DNA of 64,000 nucleotides from Gammaproteobacteria bacterium (GTDB lineage Bacteria > Pseudomonadota > Gammaproteobacteria > UBA9214), in the NCBI GenBank assembly GCA_029860045.1, contig JAOUBY010000003.1, forward strand, positions 65-64,064, given 5' to 3'. The position numbers were made by a program, and so were the translations under genes. The notes under the pieces are model-generated. The model searched no databases, had not been told where the DNA came from, and was given only the letters and a program-made list of their open reading frames with translations. The first letter of the stretch is position 1. The number at the start of each line of letters is the position of its first letter. Shown here one piece after another: positions 62,111 to 64,000 of the stretch.

Positions 62111-64000
62111 TTGGATAAGATACCGGGATTCGATACCGATGTTGCCGGGCGGCCGCTGATTGGGCCGGAGCCGGAGAGTCTGTATGCATACGGTGATCTT
62201 ATCCGGCGCACCGAACAGCTTATCCTGACCCAGTTTGGCAGGGGTTTGGTATCGGGTACCACGCACACCTGTCTGGGACAGGAGTTGTGCCAGATGGCTG
62301 TTGTGCGCGCCCTCGTGCATCCGGACGATGTCGTGCTTTCCAATCATCGTAACCATGGACATTTTCTCACTTACTCGGGTGAGTTTACCGGCCTGGTGGC
62401 AGAGGTCATGGGTCGGGAGGCCGGCGTTTGTGGTGGTCACGGTGGTAGCCAGCATCTGGCTTACAGGCATTTCCACAGCAACGGTGTTCAGGGTGGCATG
62501 TCAGGCATTGGCGTCGGGCTGGGACTGGCCAGAAAGCTGGACGATAGCGAAAGTATCGTCGTGGTCATGCTTGGCGACGGAACCCTGGGTCAGGGTCTCC
62601 TGTATGAGAGCCTGAACCTTGCCTCGGTCTGGGATATCCCCATACTGTTCGTAGTAGAAAACAACGGCATTGCGCAAACAACTGACACCTCCAGCACCAT
62701 AGGCGGAAGCATCGAAGGGCGGGGTAAGGCATTCGGCTTGTCTACCTGGCGCCTTGATGATGCCGATCCGCTATTGTTTGAACAGGTAGAGAAGGTCGTC
62801 GAGGAAGTCCGGCACAGCAACAGACCCGGTTTCCTTATTATTGACACCAGGCGCCTGGGACCGCACAGCAAGGGTGACGATTTGCGCCCGGAGAGTGAGA
62901 AGCAGGCGATCATCCAGCGCGATCCGCTGACCGCACTCGGGCAGCGCTTGCCGGAACAGACCCGGTTAGCCATAGAAGAACTCAACCAGACCTTTATTCG
63001 GGAGGTAGAGGCTGCAGCAACTGCTTCTCCGGATGCTTGTTTCGCAGACCCGCCCAGACACATTTTTTCCTGTACAGATATGGAACCCGAAGGGACGGGA
63101 AACATATCGTCCATGGGCGGGCAGAGTGAAAACGTCAGAACACACCTGAACAGGGCCCTGCACCATTTACTTGAGACCTCGGATAAAACGATCGTACTGG
63201 GGGAGGATCTTCACGATCCTTACGGAGGGGCCTTCAAGGTGACTGAAGGTCTCACTTCGAAGTTCTCCGGGCGGGTGTTTTCAACGCCGATTAGCGAGGC
63301 GGGAATCACGGGTGTCTCGATCGGATTGTCCGTTGCCGGTTATCGTCCGGTGATGGAAGTCATGTTTGCAGACTTTCTGACGCTCTGCATGGACCAGTTG
63401 TACAACCATGCAGTCAAGTTCCCGGGGGTATTCAGGGATGTAGAGGTCCCTCTGGTGATCCGTGCGCCCAGCGGCGGAGGGCGCGGCTACGGCCCGACCC
63501 ACAGCCAGAGTCCGGAAAATATTTTTACCTCGGTTCCTGGCCTCACCGTTGTCTTTGGCAGTCACCGGCATGACGTGGCCGGCCTGCTGGTCAATGCCAC
63601 TAACGCGTGGCGATACCCGGTATTGTTTCTGGAACACAAACTGCTTTATGCGCAAAATCAGGATCCGGGTGAATTCGTGCCTCTGGATACCGATGCGGAC
63701 GATGTGGCAACCCAGCTTTTCCCTACCCTGATCAGGCGCCGTGAAAGGCCTGACATTACCATCCTGACCTATGGCGGCATGCTGCCTCTGGTTGAAAAAG
63801 TGGCCGGATACCTGGAAGAGGAGGAGGAACTCGAGGTGGAGATTGTGGTACCCGCCTTGTTGTCGCCGCTACCGAGAGCCAGTCTGATCGCACACCTGGG
63901 AGGCAGTCCGCGGCTGGCCATCGTGGAGGAGGCGCATGATGATTTCGGGGTCGGTGCCGAAATCCTGGCCAGCCTGATGGAGGCCGGTTCTGGTGTTCGT
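62111..64000 (+). CDS. TPP-dependent 2-oxoacid dehydrogenase E1 component with fused alpha and beta subunits; 3'-partial at window end, TTG start inferred
   Basis: Alpha part: GTTHTCLGQE and GDGTLGQG (TPP-binding GDG...N). Beta part: FSTPISEAGITGVSIGLSVAGYRPVMEVMFADF, typical of E1-beta/transketolase-like Pyr domain. No stop before position 64000. Confidence 0.75.
   Translation, partial: MDKIPGFDTDVAGRPLIGPEPESLYAYGDLIRRTEQLILTQFGRGLVSGTTHTCLGQELCQMAVVRALVHPDDVVLSNHRNHGHFLTYSGEFTGLVAEVMGREAGVCGGHGGSQHLAYRHFHSNGVQGGMSGIGVGLGLARKLDDSESIVVVMLGDGTLGQGLLYESLNLASVWDIPILFVVENNGIAQTTDTSSTIGGSIEGRGKAFGLSTWRLDDADPLLFEQVEKVVEEVRHSNRPGFLIIDTRRLGPHSKGDDLRPESEKQAIIQRDPLTALGQRLPEQTRLAIEELNQTFIREVEAAATASPDACFADPPRHIFSCTDMEPEGTGNISSMGGQSENVRTHLNRALHHLLETSDKTIVLGEDLHDPYGGAFKVTEGLTSKFSGRVFSTPISEAGITGVSIGLSVAGYRPVMEVMFADFLTLCMDQLYNHAVKFPGVFRDVEVPLVIRAPSGGGRGYGPTHSQSPENIFTSVPGLTVVFGSHRHDVAGLLVNATNAWRYPVLFLEHKLLYAQNQDPGEFVPLDTDADDVATQLFPTLIRRRERPDITILTYGGMLPLVEKVAGYLEEEEELEVEIVVPALLSPLPRASLIAHLGGSPRLAIVEEAHDDFGVGAEILASLMEAGSGVR

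Noticed and set aside
1-64000. Mobile elements, CRISPR arrays, tRNA/rRNA
   Set aside because: No transposase, integrase or recombinase motifs, no regularly spaced direct repeats, and no tRNA-like cloverleaf candidates were seen. The locus looks chromosomal and syntenic, with the possible exception of the 21-31 kb insert, whose acquisition cannot be judged without flanking repeats.

Overview
GC-rich proteobacterial-type DNA, about 60% GC by eye, dominated by one large exopolysaccharide (EPS) and protein-sorting locus of the exosortase A (XrtA)/PEP-CTERM type (about 3.7-62 kb). Family names (TIGR numbers) are recalled from memory and were not searched.

Flanking genes, about 1-3.2 kb: a 5'-partial multicopper-oxidase-like gene, a hypothetical secreted protein, an SCO1/SenC copper chaperone (CxxxC) and a divergently oriented hypothetical membrane protein.

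Regulatory and priming genes: an EpsB-like priming sugar transferase, then prsK (PEP-CTERM histidine kinase), prsR (sigma54-dependent response regulator) and two tandem prsT-like tetratricopeptide (TPR) genes.

Exosortase substrates: one bona fide PEP-CTERM substrate gene (C-terminus VPEPGTIALLGMGMGLMGLNGVRRRR) preceded by a canonical sigma54 -24/-12 promoter, and a longer secreted paralog that lacks the sorting signal.

Export and assembly core: a Wza-like exporter, a chain-length determinant, a bacterial tyrosine kinase with a C-terminal Tyr cluster, a putative outer-membrane beta-barrel, a secretion-type AAA ATPase, WecB, a polysaccharide deacetylase, a FemAB-like protein, a fused exosortase A-EpsI protein (CSG motif), four family-4 glycosyltransferases (GT4), an AsnB-like amidotransferase, a CapK-like ligase, a formyltransferase, a Wzy-like ligase, a sulfatase-like membrane enzyme and an MBOAT O-acyltransferase with a coupled partner.

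The most unusual content is a roughly 10 kb insert (21-31 kb) inside this locus. It encodes a membrane-anchored hexapeptide-repeat acyltransferase and a Lol-like cassette (two FtsX permeases, a LolA-like periplasmic protein and an ABC ATPase). It also encodes a ThiF/MoeB E1-like::nitroreductase fusion enzyme and two tandem FeeM/N-acyl-amino-acid-synthase-like acyltransferases. The second acyltransferase has its own near-consensus sigma54 promoter, and a perfect CRP-type palindrome lies in the divergent regulatory region.

Other notable features are a SPOR domain fused to an outer-membrane beta-barrel, a 2-oxoacid-dehydrogenase E2-catalytic-domain-like protein with the catalytic His replaced, and a fused E1 alpha/beta TPP enzyme running off the window end. 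No rRNA/tRNA, CRISPR, transposase or integrase was seen. The ORF track contains many antisense ORFs that are GC artefacts.
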